A stretch of DNA of 64,000 bases from Laetmonice hystrix (GCA_965235115.1 OZ249436.1:17982001-18046000); one strand, 5' to 3'; shown: positions 11,326 to 25,803, counted from the first letter of the stretch. Numbers and translations are program-made. Notes: generated by a model from the letters alone, not told the origin.

Positions 11326-14300
11326 AACAGACTACTGGTCAGTTTGAGGATCTAATATACTTACAGTAGACTACTGGTCAGTTTGGGTCGTCCTGGTACA
11401 CTTGCAATAGACTACTGGTCAGTTTGGGGATCTAATATACTTACAACAGACTACTGGTCAGTTTGGGGATCTAATATACTTACAGTAGACTACTGGTCAG
11501 TTTGGGGTCGTCCTGATACACTTACAATAGACTATTGTTCAAGTTGGGGTCGTCCCGATACACTTACAATAAATTACTGGTCAGTTTGGGGATCTGACAC
11601 ACTTACAATAGACTACTGGGTCGTCCTGGTACACTTGCAATAGACTATACTGGTCAGTTTGGGGTCTTCCTGATACATTTACAATAAATTACTGGTCAGT
11701 TTGGGGATCTGATACACTTACAATAGACTATACTGGTCAGTTTGGGGTTGTCCTTGTACACTTGCAATAGACTACTGGTCAGGTTGGGTCGTCCCAATAC
11801 ACTTACAATAGACTACTGGTCAGTTTGGGGATCTGATAGACTTCTGGTAGACTACTGGTCAGTTTGGGGTCGTCCTGATACACTTACAATAGACTACTGG
11901 TCAGTTTGGGGTCGTCCTGATACACTTACAATAGACTACTGGTCAGTTTGGGGTCGTCCTGGTACACTTGCAATAGACTACTGGTCAGGTTGGGGTCGTC
12001 CTGATACACTTACAATAGACTACTGGTCAGGTTGGGTCGTCCTGATACACTTACAATAGACTACTGGTCAGTTTGGGGTCGTCCTGATACACTTACAATA
12101 GACTACTGGTCAGTTTGGGTCGTCCCGATACACTTACAATAGACTACTGGTCAGTTTGGGGTCGTCCTGGTACACTTGCAATAGACTACTGGTGAGTTTG
12201 GGGTCGTCCTGATACACTTGCAATAGACTACTGGTCAGGTTGGGGTCGTCCCGATACACTTACAATAGACTACTGGTCAGGTTGGGTCGTCCTGATACAC
12301 TTACAATAGACTACTGGTCAGTTTGGGGTCGTCCTGATACACTTACAATAGACTACTGGTCAGTTTGGGGTCGTCTTGGTACACTTGCAATAGACTACTG
12401 GTCAGTTTGGGGTCGTCCTGATACACTTACAATAGACTACTGGTCAGGTTGGGTCGTCCCGATACACTTGCAATAGACTACTGGTCAGTTTGGGGTCGTC
12501 CTGGTACACTTGCAATAGACTACTGGTCAGGTTGGGGTCGTCCCGATACACTTACAATAGACTACTGGTCAGTTTGGGGTCGTCCTGATACACTTGCAAT
12601 GGACTACTGGTCAGGTTGGGGTCGTCCTGATACACTTACAATAGACTACTGGTCAGGTTGGGGTCGTCCTGATACACTTACAATAGACTACTGGTCAGTT
12701 TGGGGTCGTCCTGGTACACTTGCAATAGACTACTGGTCAGGTTGGGGTCGTCCTGATACACTTACAATAGACTACTGGTCCGGTTGGGGTCGTCCCGATA
12801 CACTTACAATAGACTACTGGTCAGTTTGGGTCGTCCCGATACACTTACAATAGACTACTGGTCAGTTTGGGGTTGTCCTGATACACTTACAATAGACTAC
12901 TGGTCAGTTTGGGGTCGTCCTGATACACTTACAATAGACTACTGGTCAGTTTGGGGTCGTCCTGATACACTTACAATAGACTACTGGTCAGGTTGGGTCG
13001 TCCTGATACACTTACAATAGACTACTGGTCAGTTTGGGGATCTGATACACTTACAATAGACTATACTGGTCAGTTTGGGGTTGTCCTTGTACACTTGCAA
13101 TAGACTACTGGTCAGGTTGGGGTCGTCCTGATACACTTACAATAGACTACTGGTCAGTTTGGGGTCGTCCTGATACACTTACAATAGACTACTGGTCAGT
13201 TTGGGGATCTGATAGACTACTGGTAGACTACTGATCAGTTTGGGGTCGTCCTGATACACTTACAATAGACTACTGGTCAGTTTGGGGATCTGATACACTT
13301 ACAATAGACTACTGGTCAGTTTGGTGTCGTCCTGGTACACTTGCAATAGACTACTGGTCAGGTTGGGGATCTGATACACTTACAATAGACTACTGGTCAG
13401 TTTGGGGTCGTCCTGGTACACTTGCAATAGACTACTGGTCAGGTTGGGGTCGTCCTGATACACTTACAATAGACTACTGGTCAGGTTGGGTCGTCCTGAT
13501 ACACTTACAATAGACTACTGGTCAGTTTGGGGTCGTCCTGATACACTTACAATAGACTACTGGTCAGTTTGGGTCGTCCCGATACACTTACAATAGACTA
13601 CTGGTCAGTTTGGGGTCGTCCTGGTACACTTGCAATAGACTACTGGTGAGTTTGGGGTCGTCCTGATACACTTGCAATAGACTACTGGTCAGGTTGGGGT
13701 CGTCCCGATACACTTACAATAGACTACTGGTCAGGTTGGGTCGTCCTGATACACTTCCAATAGACTACTGGTCAGTTTGGGGTCGTCCTGATACACTTAC
13801 AATAGACTACTGGTCAGTTTGGGGTCGTCCTGGTACACTTGCAATAGACTACTGGTCAGGTTGGGGTCGTCCTGATACACTTACAATAGACTACTGGTCA
13901 GGTTGGGTCGTCCCGATACACTTGCAATAGACTACTGGTCAGTTTGGGGTCGTCCTGGTACACTTGCAATAGACTACTGGTCAGGTTGGGGTCGTCCCGA
14001 TACACTTACAATAGACTACTGGTCAGTTTGGGGTCGTCCTGATACACTTGCAATGGACTACTGGTCAGGTTGGGGTCGTCCTGATACACTTACAATAGAC
14101 TACTGGTCAGGTTGGGGTCGTCCTGATACACTTACAATAGACTACTGGTCAGTTTGGGGTCGTCCTGGTACACTTGCAATAGACTACTGGTCAGGTTGGG
14201 GTCGTCCTGATACACTTACAATAGACTACTGGTCAGGTTGGGGTCGTCCCGATACACTTACAATAGACTACTGGTCAGTTTGGGTCGTCCCGATACACTT

Positions 14301-14869
14301 ACAATAGACTACTGGTCAGTTTGGGGTTGTCCTGATACACTTACAATAGACTACTGGTCAGTTTGGGGTCGTCCTGATACACTTACAATAGACTACTGGT
14401 CAGTTTGGGGTCGTCCTGATACACTTACAATAGACTACTGGTCAGTTTGGGTCGTCCCGATACACTTACAATAGACTACTGGTCAGTTTGGGGATCTGAT
14501 AGACTACTGGTAGACTACTGATCAGTTTGGGGTCGCCCTGATACACTTACAATAGACTACTGGTCAGTTTGGGGATCTGATACACTTACAATAGACTACT
14601 GGTCAGTTTGGGGTCGTCCTGGTACACTTGCAATAGACTACTGGTCAGGTTGGGGATCTGATACACTTACAATAGACTACTGGTCAGTTTGGGGTCGTCC
14701 TGGTACACTTACAATAGACTACTGGTCAGGTTGGGTCGTCCCGATACACTTACAATAGACTACTGGTCAGGTTGGGGATCTGATAGACTACTGGTAGACT
14801 ACTGATCAGTTTGGGGTCGTCCTGATACACTTACAATAGACTACTGGTCAGTTTGGGGATCTGATACAC
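11326..14869. repeat. Minisatellite, 42-bp unit GATACACTTACAATAGACTACTGGTCAGTTTGGGGTCGTCCT (39/41-bp variants), ~85 copies
   Basis: Tandem array with a 1454-bp higher-order duplication; source of the DTLTIDYWSVWGRP ORFs. Confidence 0.98.
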
Positions 14870-15747
14870 CTATTACGTACTTCCGACGACCAGTTTGGCC
14901 CTCACTACTTGCTCAACCCGTCAGATTTTCCCACGCACCTGGTGACCTATGATTGGCCTGCATCTTCAGCCAGAAGCTCCAATGATGTGAGCGGCATGTT
15001 TCGATTGATGAAGCATCATTAAAGCCTGGAACGTTGAAAGCTGCAGCAGGAGGAGTTTCATGGAGTGCCAGGGTGTATGTACGGAGGGAGGGTCACACGG
15101 TGGGGTAGACCAGAGGTAAAGGGTAAACAGGAGGTGGGGTGAGATGTTTGGGGAGAGATAAGAACCCTCTCCTACTCTCTCTCTATTAACCCTAAGCTCT
15201 CACCCCAGGCGCCGAGGGCCATCGCGCATGCGTAAGGAAGATCACTTCAAAGCTATGAAACAGTACATCGAATTAAGACTTATGAATTGAATTATTTAGT
15301 TTATGCCTCCTGGACTTGTTTCAGCTACGAACTGTCTTTGATGAAGGTGATTATTTTCATCTGTCGATTTCCACATCCTCTTCCGCGGCTAATCGAGCAA
15401 ACCGTTACTGTTAGAAACCTGAAGTCTGTCCACTTTGTCCTTGAATTGCCCCCTGCAGCCTGGCCTTGACCTTGCACATACAAGCAGCCATTTAATCCGC
15501 CTCTGGCCAACATATTTATTCTTTAAGTAATGAGTAGTCCTTCAGAAAAATCTCGGTGCATTATAATGACCTTGCTCTCAGTAACTACGTTCTCTGTGAA
15601 AAAGGCAAGCCAGCGTGAGGTCAAAAAATGGGATGCTGAACTTATATTCCTGTGTGACTAGTGTCCTAAAAATAAAGTTTGAACTTCCACATAGAAAGGC
15701 CCCATTCCATACACGTCGGTCCTTGGCTGTCCACCCACTGGAAGGTT

Positions 15748-16379
15748 GTTCCGGCTAGATATGTCCGAACGGCTAGTTATGTCCGAGAGGATATATGTCC
15801 GAAAATATCAGCTAGATATGTCCGGTAACAAGGATATGTCTGCAAATATCAGCTAGATATGTCCGGTAATCCGGATCTGTCCGCAAATATCAACTAGAGT
15901 GTAGGGTTCCCTAGTCCGAAAGTTCACTAGTCCGAGGGTTCACTAGTCCGAAGTGGGCAATAGGCAACCCTAACCAAAAAAACAAATATAACTAACCCTA
16001 AACCTAACCTTAACTCTAACCCATATAGGGGATTGGTCTGTCGCACCACTGGGCTGTCGGACTAACGCCCCCCTGAGGTTAACCCCCTATTTGCCCCATG
16101 TTCCCCTGTGCCTACTGTCAACTTCGGACTAGTGAACCCTCGGACTAGTGGCCCCCCGGACTAGTAGGTAGTTCCCCCGCTGGATGTGTCCGCAAATGTC
16201 AGCTAGATATGTCCGGTAATCTGGATATGTCCGCAAATGTCAGCTAGATGTGTCCGGTTCCGGACACATCTAGCTGATATTTGCGGACATATCCATTTCT
16301 TCGGACATATCTAGCTGATGTTTGAGGACATATCTCCTATCGGACATAACTAGCCGTTCGGACGTATCTAGCCGGAACA
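15748..16379. mobile_element. Non-autonomous DNA transposon with long TIRs and subterminal repeats, TSD AAGGTT
   Basis: Left gttccggctagatatgtccgaacggctagttatgtccga mirrors right tcggacataactagccgttcggacgtatctagccggaac. aaggtt at 15742-15747 and 16380-16385. Confidence 0.9.
15896..16177. mobile_element. Nested MITE (ACTAGTCCGA subterminal repeats, internal CCCTAA-like tract)
   Basis: gttcactagtccga repeats on the left and inverted tcggactagtgaac on the right; interrupts the repeat series of the outer element. Confidence 0.8.
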
Positions 16380-16449
16380 AAGGTTCAAAGCATGGAGAGG
16401 TGGGGGGGCAAGCGACAAGGGTAGAACTTTTACTTGTAACCTACACTGA

Positions 16450-16730
16450 AAACATTTATTTGTTTACACTGAAAACATATTGTGACCCCTACACTATGAA
16501 CACTTACCTGTTCCCGTCAACTGTAAATATTTACCCGTCCCTGTGCCTGTGCACTTACCTGCCCCCTACACTTCAAACATTTACCTGTCCACCTTGCACT
16601 CTAAACATTTACCTGTCCATCGTGCACTATCAACATTTACCTGTCCACCTTGCACTGTAAACATTTACCTGTCCATCGTACACTATCAACATTTACCTGT
16701 CCACCTTGCACTGTACACATTTACCTGTCC
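16450..16730. repeat. Minisatellite, ~28-bp unit ACATTTACCTGTCCA(CCTTGCACTCTAA/TCGTGCACTATCA)
   Basis: acatttacctgtcc recurs; two subtypes alternate; left part degenerate. Confidence 0.85.
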
Positions 16731-17325
16731 CCAAAGATCATTACAGGACGTCCACCGGGTGACTTCCCAAGCCATACCAGCCACCACCATGTCCAAGTGC
16801 ACTCTCCAGTCCTGCTCCCCATTTAAACAGCCAATAGTCACCCCAGATCAGACGGCCTAAGAATCTGTTTATTTTTAGCGCTCAGTGCTCTATTATTGAC
16901 TTTTTTGCCCCCCCCCCCCCCCCAGGTGTGAGTTTGGTTGGGGTATGGCCCTCCAAGACGGGAGATCGGCTGGTGTCGGCAGCCGTCAATGGGGGGGGGG
17001 GGGGCGTTCCAAGGACACACCTCCGACTCCTGCCGAACGTTTCTCGCGGGGAAATAGAGACCATACAATGGTCTAGCCTGACAAAGTCCGGGATACGGGA
17101 CTGAGGAGGTGGCAGGTATAGTGGGTCCGATATAGACCTGTTAATGGTCCATTTGTTCACTGTGGTGCCCGAAAAATACTAGTTCCCATCTCGGTCGTCG
17201 TTCACACAAGAACCTATATCTTCCCGTCGAACCAGGCCCGGAGACAGGATTTCGAAACGGCTGGGTCATTTTTCAATACGTGGAAATCTTAGGAAAAGTG
17301 GACCTTTTGAGGGAAAGTAGACTTT

Positions 17326-17944
17326 CAGCGACCGGCTTGCTACACGACAGCTGACCGGCCTGCTACACGACAGCTGACCGGCCTGCTACACGGCAGCTGA
17401 CCGGCCTGCTACACGACAGCTGACCGGCCTGCTACACGACAGCTGACCGGCCTGCTACACGACAGCTGACCGGCCTGCTACACGACAGCTGACCGGCCTG
17501 CTACACGACAGCTGACCGGCCTGCTACACGACAGCTGACCGGCCTGCTACACGACAGCTGACCGGCCTGCTACACGACAGCTGACCGGCCTGCTACACGA
17601 CAGCTGACCGGCCTGCTACACGACAGCTGACCGGCCTGCTACACGGCAGCTGACCGGCCTGCTACACGGCAGATGACCGGCCTGCTACACGGCAGCTGAC
17701 CGGCCTGCTACACGACAGCTGACCGGCCTGCTACACGACAGCTGACCGGCCTGCTACACGACAGCTGACCGGCCTGCTACACGACAGCTGACCGGCCTGC
17801 TACACGGCAGCTGACCGGCCTGCTACACGACAGCTGACCGGCCTGTTACACGGCAGCTGACCGGCCTGCTACACGACAGCTGACCGGCCTGCTACAGGAC
17901 AGCTGACCGGCCTGCTGCACGACAGCTGACAGGCCTGCTACACG
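17326..17944. repeat. Minisatellite, 23-bp unit CAGCTGACCGGCCTGCTACACGA, ~27 copies
   Basis: Homogeneous tandem array (cagctg at 17348, 17371 and onward). Confidence 0.98.
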
Positions 17945-18949
17945 AGAAAATTAACCTTGCATTATCAAGGCAGAATCACTATATTTACCAGTCTCACCTT
18001 GCCTTCATTTGAGACATTTCACCCACACAGATCTCTCAATCATTCCTCCCACACCACGACACTACATACGAATCAAGGGTAGCACCCACTCAGCGCTCGG
18101 CCATGGATACAGGACATTCATAAATACACGATACGCAATTCATGGTACGTGCGGGGAGAAACTTGTTAATGAGGCGGACAAACTTATCTTTCTTGTATAC
18201 ATCAAAAGCCGTGTTACCCTACAAGCTATTGTTGTATGCGGTGCAGGGACAAGGCGACTACTTGAGTCTTTCACTGTATCATCAGACATGGCTCCCTGTG
18301 TAGACAGGGTCGGGCTTGGTACCGTATAATCGTGTTTACCTCTTGATGTACTTTTATCTCACTTCATCGATTGACTTTATCTGAGGACAAGACTCGAGCA
18401 GTAAGAGCCACTCCTTGTCTACAAGACACTTGTGGTTACCTTCAAGGTGCCGGAATCATTGCTTTTCCCGCCATTCTCCTGACTAAAAATAATTACCACA
18501 GACATTGAGGTGGACGTCGGCGCACCACCATATTGATTTACTCTTCTGTGTTTCTCCCTTTTTTTTCTTGAACCACATAGCGGTAGTGTAACATCCTGCA
18601 TGCCTGCACTGTTGGGAAAGTTTCAACAATGCTTCTGGAAAGGGAATTCTATAGTCAATAGTACTACTGTATAAAAAGGTTTAGCATGTCCACTGTTGAA
18701 TATGAATTAATTGTCAGGCGACCAGTTGGGTGAACTATGAAAGCGGGCTGAACGACAGAAATGTGTTGGTAATGATACGTCTTGTTGTAGGTTTGGGTTT
18801 GAACCTAGAGAAGTAAATATTTGATCTCCCTATTGCATCTATGCATTACCATCTCGTAATGAATGATTAAGCAACAAGTGGAGATTAGGCCGGTGTTATT
18901 TATCTGTGATCGGTTGAGGTTCACGTCTGAGCGAGAGTCTGATGACAGA

Positions 18950-19760
18950 TCGATGGTAGCACGTGACCACCACGTGACCGTCACGTGATCCATAGGCACA
19001 CCAGTCACCACAATAACTCCTCGGACCCCGCCTGCCGCCCTGCCCACTGAACTTTCTTAATCAATCGGTGCGCCCGATCATTTTTTACTGACCAATGGTA
19101 ATGCCTTCGATGAGAAATTCATTAATCACACACACGTAGTTGGTTGGAGCTCTAGCTGAATGCCCCTGTTTGAGGTATTGCGGTTTGTGAGGCGAGTCAA
19201 TGCGGGGAGACGACCGTTTACGGTCTATACGGTGGTTGCAAATAAGAGGCATCATACGACTGTGTACTTGTTGTTTTCTTTTATTTGCTGGCCACGTGAA
19301 TCCGACTGTTTCACCTGATTCTCCCGTGATAGAGTTTTCATTATCCCGGCTAGAACTCGGCAGAATATGAATCCAATCTGAGATCATGACGACTCGCTGC
19401 TGCCTGACGGGCGGGAACGAGGGTCGGAAAATACCGATTGGGACCCAATGAGGCCTCGACGTGTTCATGACGTCACATTAGAAAACGTCATTAGACGTCG
19501 CGAGCGGCGCGTTTGTCGGCCGCGAAGATGTTTGCGGGAAATGACGCCTGACACAAGCCAATGACCTCCCGGTGCACCGGTCAAATAATACTGCTCAGGG
19601 TGGCCTCTCGTCCCCTCCTGTCGTCGGTAATTAATAGAGTAGATACCGCAGGCGACCATGACAGCTTTCTGCGCACACAGCCTCCAGCTAACAGCGGCAT
19701 GGAACGCCCCGCCATGTCAGGACTCACAAGTATTAATTATAAAACCAAACATGTTGGGTG
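18950..19760. promoter_or_regulatory. CpG-rich candidate promoter/enhancer
   Basis: Several CCAAT/ATTGG boxes, CRE TGACGTCA (~19468), multiple CACGTG E-boxes, TAAT/ATTA clusters, local CpG enrichment. Confidence 0.4.
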
Positions 19761-20539
19761 GTGATTTGTCGTTCCTGGTTGTTTAGCATGACCTGCCGAG
19801 AGCATGCAGGAAACAAGCAGGCAGTCGGGAAGGCAGTGGTCGGGGGAGGGGGGGGGTCCTTGATGAATGTAACAGGGTGGTTGATAGATGGGGCAGATAT
19901 ACAGGACATGTGTGGGGGTGAGGGAAAGCAGAAATTGTAACCAATATGTTATCAATGAGCGATCACATGACCACAAACTCAGCACCCGGGTTTACACAAC
20001 AGTACTCAATCCAAGGTTAGGTTAGCCAATCTTTATCGAGAGTGATCACGTGACTATTCCCAATGCCACCTGCTGAAAACCACAGGAATGGTGTATTGTT
20101 TTGAGGCATGTACCTTACACTGAAGGAGTGAAGTGTCAATTTGTTCTTCAAATTGTTTCTCCTCACATTGGGGTGGGTTGTCTTATAGATTTCCTTGACA
20201 CAACTCACGCTGAGCTCAATGCGACCTGAAGCTAGCGCTGCTTGAGGATACATTCTACTTTAATAATGTAACTTTTATAAGGACAGTATGCCTATTTTTA
20301 AATCCGGCTTATTTCCTGGCCACTCTAACAATATCTTTCTCTCGATCCGAATTTTCGATGCGTCTAATCTTTGTTCACAGATGATTTGCGGACCCTAATC
20401 TTTCCATTATAGATATTCTAATTATTATGTCGATCTATTTCGTGAAGGCATAAAATTGTCTTCGTTATCAGCGCCGAATGTGACATTTCACGTAAATGGA
20501 AAGTCTTTTGGTAACTCTTGAGGAGACGCATCAGACAAA

Positions 20540-20660
20540 TAGTGTTAGTGGTGCCGGTATTGTGAGTGGTGCCGGTATTGTGAGTGGTGCCAGTATTGTG
20601 AGTGGTGGCCGTAGTGTTAGTGGTGTCGGTAGTGTTAGTGGTGCCAGTAGTGTTAGTGCT
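20540..20660. repeat. 18-bp tandem repeat (AGTGTTAGTGGTGCCGGT-like), ~6-7 copies
   Basis: Direct periodicity. Confidence 0.85.
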
Positions 20661-21933
20661 GATGATAGTTGCCGATGACAGAAAAAGTCCGTATTGTGTC
20701 GGGCCATCCTACACGGCACGCTTCAACCGCTCCAGGCAATCAGACCACACTGCCCCCATTCAATTATGAGATTTGATTGATCACTCACTGTTTTTTCCTA
20801 CAGCTAACAAGTTTGACATAAAACATGTTCAGCTTGTGATTTACACTTCAGTGGATGGCGTGGTTGTTGGATCATACCCGTGTATTGGCAGATCAAATGA
20901 ACATTTCCTCATCAGTAAAAACTGCCAACATGCAATCTAACCTTGGGCAATCATTCCATCTGGCTTTAACATGAAACCACAGGCGGTCTGTATCAACCTC
21001 TCTATGCCTCGACATGACTGTATAATATCAGTGAAATTATAGTGAACGGTTAACATCTTCTCTACAACAGTTTAAACTTCCAACTTTCAATGATGTAATC
21101 AACTCAGTTCTTGCCGATAACTATGGCAGTAGTGAGCCCTGAGGTCGAGGTTTGTCTTCAGTGTGGGGTGGGGCTTAGTTTAGAAGGGTGAATCTATAAC
21201 GTTTACATTAGCCATAAAGGTCTGTATAGTTTAGAATGTCTGTCTTGGTTTGCATTAGCCACAATCTATCATTATGTTAGGCCACACATTACAAATGATC
21301 TTTTATGTGGCCTTAGTTTCGAAGATTTGTCTAGGCTATAGAAGCAGCCCTAGAATTTTTTGGTTACTAGGTTGGAAGGCTTGGGTGATATCTGAGGGCA
21401 CTTTCTAGATCTAAAACCAATGAATGGTAAGGTATGTTACTGTAAATCCAAAATGTTTGGGTGAAGGTTTGTCTTGGATATAGGAGCCCAGTAACTATAT
21501 GAAGGTAAGATATCTCAACCCTGCATGGCCACAGGCAGACGTGAATCAGTTTCTGTCCGAAAACATCTCTTCAAAACAGAGGTGTTAGGGACAAAAACGA
21601 AGTGGACTTGATGAGGAACAATCAAGATTAGTGTCTGGGTCCATTACAAAGAATTAAATCAAACTGAATGGGGTCCCTCTGGAGTTAATGTTTCACTAAA
21701 CCTTTAGCTGCTGTCGCCATCCTTCAAGTTTTTAATCAACAACAAACACTTCATGTTTTGTAATTTGATAAGCTTGGATCATCTCCATGACAACCGAGCT
21801 GTCCGGCGGTGTTACGTGAAGTTAACATCCGTTTGTGTCACACTAAATTAATGTCGTCATTTGATTGGTTAGAACAACATCCACCTTACCTACGAGTGGG
21901 AGGGTTGTCAATCTGAACGATGGGCCTACACAA

Positions 21934-24918
21934 ACTGACAGGCCTACACTGACCTGTACCCACAGGCCTACACTGACCTGTATACCGACAGGCCTACACT
22001 AACCTGTACTGGCAGTCCTACACTGACCTGTACCGACAGGCCTACACCTGTACTGACAGGCCTACACCTGTACTGACAGTCCTACACTGACCTGTACCCA
22101 CAGGCCTACACTGACCTGTACCCACAGTCCTACACTGACCTGTACCCACAGGCCTACACTGACCTGTACTGACAGTCCTATACTGACCTGTACAGGCCTA
22201 CACTGACCTGTACCCACAGGCCTACACTGACCTGTACAGGCCTACACTGACCTGTACCCACAGGCCTACACTGACCTGTACCCACAGGCCTACACCGACC
22301 TGTACCCACAGGCCTACACTGACCTGTACCCACAGTCCTACACTGACCTGTACCCACAGGCCTACACTGACCTGTACTGACAGTCCTATACTGACCTGTA
22401 CAGGCCTACACTGACCTGTACCCACAGGCCTACACTGACCTGTACCCACAGGCCTACACTGACCTGTACAGGCCTACACTGACCTGTACCCACAGGCCTA
22501 CACTGACCTGTACAGGCCTACACCGACCTGTACCCACAGGCCTACACCTGTACTGACAGTCTTACACTGACCTGTACAGGCCTACACTGACCTGTACAGG
22601 CCTACACCGACCTGTACCCACAGGCCTACACCTGTACTGACAGTCTTACACTGACCTGTACAGGCCTACACTGACCTGTACAGGCCTACACCGACCTGTA
22701 CCCACAGGCCTACACTGACCTGTACAGGCCTACACTGACCTGTACCCACAGGCCTACACTGACCTGTACCCACAGGCCTACACTGACCTGTACAGGCCTA
22801 CACTGACCTGTACCCACAGGCCTACACCGACCTGTACCCACAGGCCTACACTGACCTGTACCCACAGGCCTACACTGACCTGTACCCACAGGCCTACACT
22901 GACCTGTACAGGCCTACACTGACCTGTACCCACAGGCCTACACTGACCTGTACCCACAGGCCTACACTGACCTGTACCCACAGGCCTACACTGACCTGTA
23001 CCCACAGGCCTACACCGACCTGTACCCACAGGCCTACACTGACCTGTACCCACAGGCCTACACTGACCTGTACCCACAGGCCTACACTGACCTGTACAGG
23101 CCTACACTGACCTGTACCCACAGGCCTACACTGACCTGTACAGGCCTACACTGACCTGTACCCACAGGCCTACACCGACCTGTACCCACAGGCCTACACT
23201 GACCTGTACCCACAGGCCTACACTGACCTGTACAGGCCTACACTGACCTGTACCCACAGGCCTACACTGACCTGTACCCACAGGCCTACACTGACCTGTA
23301 CAGGCCTACACTGACCTGTACCCACAGGCCTACACCGACCTGTACAGGCCTACACTGACCTGTACAGGCCTACACTGACCTGTACCCACAGGCCTACACT
23401 GACCTGTACCCACAGGCCTACACTGACCTGTACAGGCCTACACTGACCTGTACCCACAGGCCTACACTGACCTGTACAGGCCTACACTGACCTGTACCCA
23501 CAGGCCTACACTGACCTGTACCCACAGGCCTACACTGACCTGTACCCACAGGCCTACACTGACCTGTACAGGCCTACACTGACCTGTACCCACAGGCCTA
23601 CACTGACCTGTACCCACAGGCCTACACTGACCTGTACATGCCTACACCGACCTGTACCCACAGGCCTACACTGACCTGTACCCACAGGCCTACACTGACC
23701 TGTACAGACCTACACTGACCTGTACCCACAGGCCTACACTGACCTGTACAGGCCTACACTGACCTGTACCCACAGGCCTACACTGACCTGTACCCACAGG
23801 CCTACACTGACCTGTACCCACAGGCCTACACTGACCTGTACAGACCTACACTGACCTGTACCCACAGGCCTACACTGACCTGTACAGGCCTACACTGACC
23901 TGTACCCACAGGCCTACACTGACCTGTACCCACAGGCCTACACTGACCTGTACCCACAGGCCTACACTGACCTGTACAGGCCTACACTGACCTGTACCCA
24001 CAGGCCTACACTGACCTGTACAGGCCTACACTGACCTGTACATGCCTACACCGACCTGTACCCACAGGCCTACACTGACCTGTACCCACAGGCCTACACT
24101 GACCTGTACAGACCTACACTGACCTGTACCCACAGGCCTACACTGACCTGTACAGGCCTACACTGACCTGTACCCACAGGCCTACACTGACCTGTACCCA
24201 CAGGCCTACACTGACCTGTACCCACAGGCCTACACTGACCTGTACAGACCTACACTGACCTGTACCCACAGGCCTACACTGACCTGTACAGGCCTACACT
24301 GACCTGTACCCACAGGCCTACACTGACCTGTACCCACAGGCCTACACTGACCTGTACCCACAGGCCTACACTGACCTGTACAGGCCTACACTGACCTGTA
24401 CCCACAGGCCTACACTGACCTGTACAGGCCTACACTGACCTGTACCCACAGGCCTACACCGACCTGTACCCACAGGCCTACACTGACCTGTACCCACAGG
24501 CCTACACTGACCTGTACCCACAGGCCTACACTGACCTGTACCCACAGGCCTACACTGACCTGTACCCACAGGCCTACACCGACCTGTACCCACAGCCCTA
24601 CACTGACCTGTACCCACAGGCCTACACCTGTACCCACAGGCCTACACCGACCTGTACCCACAGTCTTACACTGACCTGTACAGGCCTACACTGACCTGTA
24701 CCCACAGTCTTACACTGACCTGTACAGGCCTACACTGACCTGTACCCACAGTCCTACACTGACCTGTACAGGCCTACACTGACCTGTACAGGCCTACACT
24801 GACCTGTACCCACAGGCCTACACTGACCTGTACCCACATGCCTACACTGACCTGTACCCACATGCCTACACTGACCTGTACCCACAGTCCTACACTGACC
24901 TGTACCCACAGGCCTACA
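21934..24918. repeat. Minisatellite mixing 24-bp CAGGCCTACACTGACCTGTACCCA and a 20-bp variant lacking CCCA, ~130 units
   Basis: Tandem array with two interspersed length classes and a 404-bp higher-order duplication. Confidence 0.98.
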
Positions 24919-25803
24919 AGCCAACATGTTGATAATCCAGTTCCACACCTCCAATAACCTTTTTTTTAACCAATTTTACAAGAACTCCACTACGTGTGCC
25001 CCTTTTATATTACTGAGTGCAACTCTTTGAAGCATTTGAATTTAAAACTTACCATACCATAAACTATTGCATAGAAAACACGGAAGTATGTTGACACTAT
25101 GGTATTTCATATCTACCGTTCAGCAGACTTCCACAAGTTGGGGCATCGTAGAACACTATAGCTTTCTGGCATCATTCGATCATTAAAGAAATATTTACGA
25201 AACTGTAAGGATCTTTCTCATCAGGGCATTAAGTGATGTATAACCAATCGGCTAATTGCTTTGTCCTTATCGGCGCACATACAGCCTGGTGCGGGAAGAG
25301 ATATCATAACACATTAGTCTTCACTGAAAAAGTAATCATAAATCAATCGGTATGCAACACATCGCTTATCTTAAAATTATTTATTTACCCTTATACACAT
25401 ATATCTCTCTCCCTTACCGAGGAGTTATTGAGCTAAGATTATCATCAAGCGGGCTTTTAGTTTCTCCGCTGATCGCTGCCTTCGAGAGATAAGTGTTCGC
25501 AACACCATTATCAGCGTCCGCGGGCCTCCTCAGACTACAGATGACGTCCCCGTCCGGGAGAGACGCGGCGGCTCAGCGTCTTCGTGACCCCGGAGTCGGT
25601 ACAAGGTCACGGTCGTCTCAGTCCCGCGCACGCGCAGTGGGAGCCGACAATGGTCACTATGGAGGGCCTTGTCTTGTTGTGACATGCGCAGTGGTCCCCG
25701 GGCTCTTCACGTCAAACTGAACGCAGAGAACGTGAATACCGCCAAATTACGACACCAGGCGGCGCCCCAACCAGTCTCCGCTCACAATGCCATGTACGCA
25801 CTT

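Noticed and set aside
11383..14474. DYWSVWGRP repeat ORFs
   Set aside because: Frequent 41-bp frameshifting units show no frame conservation.
15960..16025. Telomere-like CCCTAA repeats (also 53690-53725 and in the 38-bp unit)
   Set aside because: Short, degenerate and internal to MITEs or array units; not a telomere.
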